Positions 34,201 to 35,689 of a DNA stretch of 35,689 nucleotides are shown piece by piece. The stretch covers positions 1-35,689 of the forward strand of contig JBPCMC010000395.1 of the NCBI GenBank assembly GCA_051002645.1, given 5' to 3'. The stretch's first letter is position 1. Each line of letters begins with the position of its first letter. A model generated the notes under the pieces. The model ran no database searches, was not told where the DNA came from, and saw nothing but the letters and a program-made list of their open reading frames with translations. This DNA is from Thermomicrobiales bacterium. GTDB taxonomy: Bacteria > Chloroflexota > Chloroflexia > Thermomicrobiales > JALYUS01. The translations under genes were made by a program, and so were the position numbers.

Positions 34201-35196
34201 GCAATGCACCCCCTGTGGGCGGACAACAGCGCGCTGATCCGTGGCGCTGATGGGCGCGGCGGCACAGGTGGCATCATCGCCCGCGTCGATGGCTGGAGAA
34301 CCGGGCAGCAAAGGGACCGTTGCTGTCGTGCCCGTGTAATTGGCGAGCGGGCCGAGGAGAGGGGCGACGCCGACGAGATTACCGCTCACCCCGTTCGTCA
34401 GGCCGCCACTCGTCGCCGCGTCGCCGACGAGGTTGTTCTTGCTCGCCGCCGCTACCGTGCCGTTGATGTCATCGGGCGGGTGGCCCGATGTCGTATCGCT
34501 GTTCCCCGCGACGATCGCGTTCGTCAGCGTCACCGTGCCGCCGCCGGTGAAAATCCCGGCACCGCTGGCAGCCGCACTATTGCCGCTGATCGTCACATTC
34601 ACGAGTGTCGCGCTACCGCCATTTACTCTAAGCCCACCGCCCGTGCCCGAGGCGCCGGTCGCGTGATTGTTACTTATCGTGCTATTCGTTACGGTGAGCG
34701 TGCCATCGCTCCATATGCCGCCACCGCCGCCGGTATTGTTGCTCGCCGTATTCCCCGTCAGCGCGACGTGGTCGAGCGTGAGCGTGCCGAAGTTGAAGAT
34801 GCCGCCGCCATTCGCGGGCGTAGAGCCATTGGTGATCGTCAAATTGGTCAAGATGACCGTAGAGGTACTGGAAATGAAAAAGATGCGTTGACCCGAGTTC
34901 GTCCCGTCTACCACTACCATATGCCCGCTGCCGTCGATGGTGACGCTATGGCCGATGAACAGTTGCGCCGCCGGCATGATCGCGTTGGCGTCCATACAGT
35001 TTACTGAGAAGGTGATCGTGTCGCCGTCGGCGGATGCGCTCAAGAGCGTATCCAGCGAATTGGCATCGCCGATCGTGCAGGTGTCGACGGTGCGGGTTGT
35101 ACCGGCCGCCCGGATCGGCTGAGCGGCATACCCGGCGAAGACGACGATGACCGCGATGCACACACCGATACCCCGGCCCAGCCAGTGTCGTTGCAT
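28249..35196 (-). CDS. giant secreted modular protein, 2,315 aa: 4 right-handed beta-helix (choice-of-anchor-Q-like) modules + Ig/He_PIG/cadherin-like domains + C-terminal IPT/TIG + Pro-rich tail
   Basis: Uninterrupted 6,948-nt ORF with an N-terminal signal/anchor (RGIGVCIAVIVVFAGYAAQPIRA). G/N/T-rich beta-helix turns (GGGILNNGTLTVTNSTLSGN) recur in four blocks, each ending LLPGSPA...DQRG..R....DIGA[YF][EQ]. Interspersed ~95-aa beta-sandwich units. Terminal TIG-like ISVPSGATTGGTPITITGAGF. Confidence 0.85.
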   Translation of the reverse strand: MQRHWLGRGIGVCIAVIVVFAGYAAQPIRAAGTTRTVDTCTIGDANSLDTLLSASADGDTITFSVNCMDANAIMPAAQLFIGHSVTIDGSGHMVVVDGTNSGQRIFFISSTSTVILTNLTITNGSTPANGGGIFNFGTLTLDHVALTGNTASNNTGGGGGIWSDGTLTVTNSTISNNHATGASGTGGGLRVNGGSATLVNVTISGNSAAASGAGIFTGGGTVTLTNAIVAGNSDTTSGHPPDDINGTVAAASKNNLVGDAATSGGLTNGVSGNLVGVAPLLGPLANYTGTTATVPLLPGSPAIDAGDDATCAAAPISATDQRAVVRPQGVHCDIGAYESQGFSLMLASGSAQSAAPNAAFANPLVVTVASGHGEPVQNGIVTFTGPATDAGIATSPATAIIGATTAGQASILPTANGTAGAYSVLATATGTSPSSVSFALTNGAPITLNPTTLPSATPGVAYSQTLVASGGSGTGYTYAVTSGNLPTWLQLDTTSGALTGPSPSAVGSPFTFTITATDSASATGSQAYTLNVNGVAALDAITDPPLIARDAGAQAVNLTGIGGSGALAVTAVSANQMLLADPTVTYTSPDSTGSLTYTPVAGQSGSALVTVKVSDGNASTIQRTFTVNVNVPPTLDTIGDPAAIPQNAGQQTVQLSGIATGGETQTLTVTATSNNPTLLADPTVTYSSPNATGTLAYTPFANQHGTALVTVTVSDGLNMTATTFTVTVNLASNQTYTVGTTSDTGTAASLTDCTTAANTTCRLRDALGFATSGTDIIVFNGAASGSITLASPLTLGASVTITGPTSGAGVTVSGNGLVSVFVINGGVTASVSNLTIANGNAAGGGGILNNGTLTVTNSTLSGNHAGGNGGGILNNGTLSVTNMTFSGNTAISGGALFNDGALTVTNSTINGNTVAGSGASGGGGLALHTGSATLTNTIIAGNNAAGGAPDDINGPIAVTSGANNLIGNAGASGGLTDHANGNIVGHSPLLTALGDHGGTTRTFALLPGSPALGSGATAGAGIPATDQRGVTRVGHNDIGAFQSQGFTLAIVGGTPQSVPVSTAFGPLTVAVAATHTGAPFNEPVDGGQVTFAGPTSDASIQSTPVIATIGIGQASIKPTANGSGGSYAVNATLSAAGTPSVAFSLTNVAPTITLAPNALPNGTASSHYSVTIGAGGGTSPYNFTVSAGALPDGLTLATDGVLSGTPTTPNTSTFTVQAKDTNDFTGTRQYSVTVVAPSNQTYIVGTTSDSGTVATFAACTTALNTTCRLRDALGYASSGTDTVVFNSNGRGTITLGGTLTLGTSVTISGPSSGSGVAVSGGGLARVLIVSNGATVGISNLTIVGGAVTNDVGGGILNNGNLALASSTISGNTATGNAGSGGGMFNGGTLTLTNCTFSGNGATNGGGLFNNGTLSVTNSTFSGNSAQTQGGGIGLGTGAAVLTNTVVAGNTHGGTPDDINGPGAVANGSVNNLIGTGGSGGLTDGAGNNIVGHPALLGPFAAYSSANGTQSFALLPGSPAIGGGTTGTATNDQRGVARTGHTDIGAFQSQGFDLAIGSGSNQSAAPNAVFGSALVVTVASSHGEPVQNGVVTFTGPGGAGIQNSPLTATVAANGRASVTPTANGTSGSYAVIAAATGTTPVSFSLTNVVAALDAPNNPAVIAQSAGPQTVNLTGIAGAVPITVTATSSNHTLLPDPAVTYASPSATGSLAYTPVANQSGSAVVTVTVTDAGSHTAVRTFTVRVNSPPTLGAISNPAPIARNAGQQTVNLTGISDGGTGEAQTLTVTATSNNHALLLDPIVTYTSPQTTGALTYTPIVNQSGSAVVTVTVNDGLNSVVRIFTVLVTASGQTYTVSTTADHLAGSPAPYSECISASNTTCALRDALTYAVSGTDTIAFKSGLTGAITLVNGALTLATSVTITGPGAAILAVDGNSASQVFVVNSSVTATISGLTMQHGNAGAASGGGIVNDGTLTLNAVAVSHNTAPTAGIGNTANGTLRLTGSTVIANTATGDAGGIGNSGGTVTLVNSTISGNTAGGSGVGGGINNSGTLTLTNSTISGNTASNGGGVNITGGVATLTNTIVAGNTKGGAPSDIGGLVAVASNNNLTGTGGSGGLVDQASDPAHHNKVGVANPGLDAPKSNGGPTQSVALLFNSPAIAAGDHSICAAAPVSGVDQRGLPRPATVCAIGAYEPQVALTAISVPSGATTGGTPITITGAGFASGATVAFGATPATNVTVVDTTTITATIPAHNAGTVAVTVTTGGVTKTLPAAYTFGAVSPVAPPQPAGPTGGAPSPRPGSQPTAPVIGMPDPLPPSR

Positions 35197-35651
35197 TCCC
35201 CGCCCCCACCCGTTAATTGTTGCAGTTCGCGACGGCGCGCGGCGTCCCCACGCCGCGTGCGATGTCTCTCTGTAGTGATACTATCGACAATATAAGGAAG
35301 GGAAGGGCAACAAAGCAAGTTTTAGAATCTAGTAATGTCCTGAAAAAGAGAATTGGGCGAGCAAGTCCGTACATCCCTTACGATTTCTTCGGTGGGTGAG
35401 AAGATATATCCGCATCCAGTTGTGTGCATAGTGCTGGATCGCTCGGGCAACTGGACTTCTCCCGGCTTCCCTCGGATTGTCAGGAAGTATCACGAGCGAC
35501 TTTACGGAGCGCATACGCGAGCCTGGGCAGTTACATGAGGGCTATTCCAGCATCTTGCCCGAGACTAGTGGTCTGTCACGGGCCGTTTGATAGCTAGACC
35601 GTGCGGCGGTATGCTCTCCTCCATCGTTCCCGCAGGGGCGGGGAAGAGCCG

Positions 35652-35689
35652 ATGGAGCGTGCCGCGATGCCTGCCAAACGATACCACGT
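35652..35689 (+). CDS. 5' end of an unidentified gene running off the window (possibly an IS630-like transposase)
   Basis: ATG at 35652 follows GGGGAAGAG. Only 12 codons are visible (MERAAMPAKRYH). The identity guess rests on weak recall of M..KRY.V N-termini in IS630-type ORFs. Confidence 0.2.
   Translation, partial: MERAAMPAKRYH

Noticed and set aside
28450-35007. Numerous plus-strand ORFs (e.g. 28825..29835, 30577..31797, 31972..33357, 34066..35007) inside the giant gene
   Set aside because: All are antisense to one continuous 2,315-codon frame with coherent domain structure. Their translations are Arg/Ala/Asp-rich or Pro/Val/Leu-rich low complexity, mirroring the G/N/T-rich sense frame.
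28249-35196. Possibility that the periodic repeats in this region are a CRISPR array, a DGR target or a phase-variable locus
   Set aside because: The repeats are protein-module duplications diverged at the DNA level, roughly three-quarters identity where compared by eye. There are no short identical direct repeats with unique spacers, no reverse transcriptase or template repeat nearby, and no homopolymer or microsatellite tract in the ORF.

Overview
High-GC bacterial chromosomal window. Sampled 60-nt lines count about 70% G+C in the core and about 48% in one island. The split b6-type bc complex, an auracyanin-like copper domain and CCAAGAC-type palindromic repeats suggest a Chloroflexota-like organism, but that is inference only. 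Most of the window is housekeeping. On the plus strand: tRNA-fMet, a GNAT acetyltransferase, ridA, tRNA-Val, greA, lysS, and a five-gene respiratory operon (cytochrome b6-like, extended subunit IV-like, Rieske, cytochrome c fused to a blue-copper domain, and a 48-aa membrane peptide). On the minus strand: a GT2 glycosyltransferase, pip, a membrane protein, thiolase plus a gamma-CA/PaaY-like protein, birA, a CNNM/CBS transporter-like protein, prs, glmU, tRNA-Gln, efp, epmA, purF and an AMIN-like lipoprotein. The accessory part starts near 21.9 kb. First comes a ~2.4-kb low-GC islet of three ORFan-like genes that abuts the 3' end of tRNA-Ser(GGA). Next is a tRNA cluster with all four tRNA-Ser isoacceptors and an unusual tRNA-Arg(GCG), split by an opposite-strand GH15 gene. 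Then a PIG-L deacetylase, and finally a 2,315-aa secreted protein made of four beta-helix modules interleaved with Ig/cadherin-like domains. Two families of structured intergenic repeats are present. I found no CRISPR array, rRNA, integrase or recognisable defence genes. I cannot demonstrate a complete novel multi-gene system. The best candidates for novelty are the giant modular protein, the tRNA-adjacent ORFan islet and the cytochrome c-cupredoxin fusion in the bc operon. All domain calls come from motifs read by eye and recalled family signatures, with no searches run. Start codons are the least certain coordinates.
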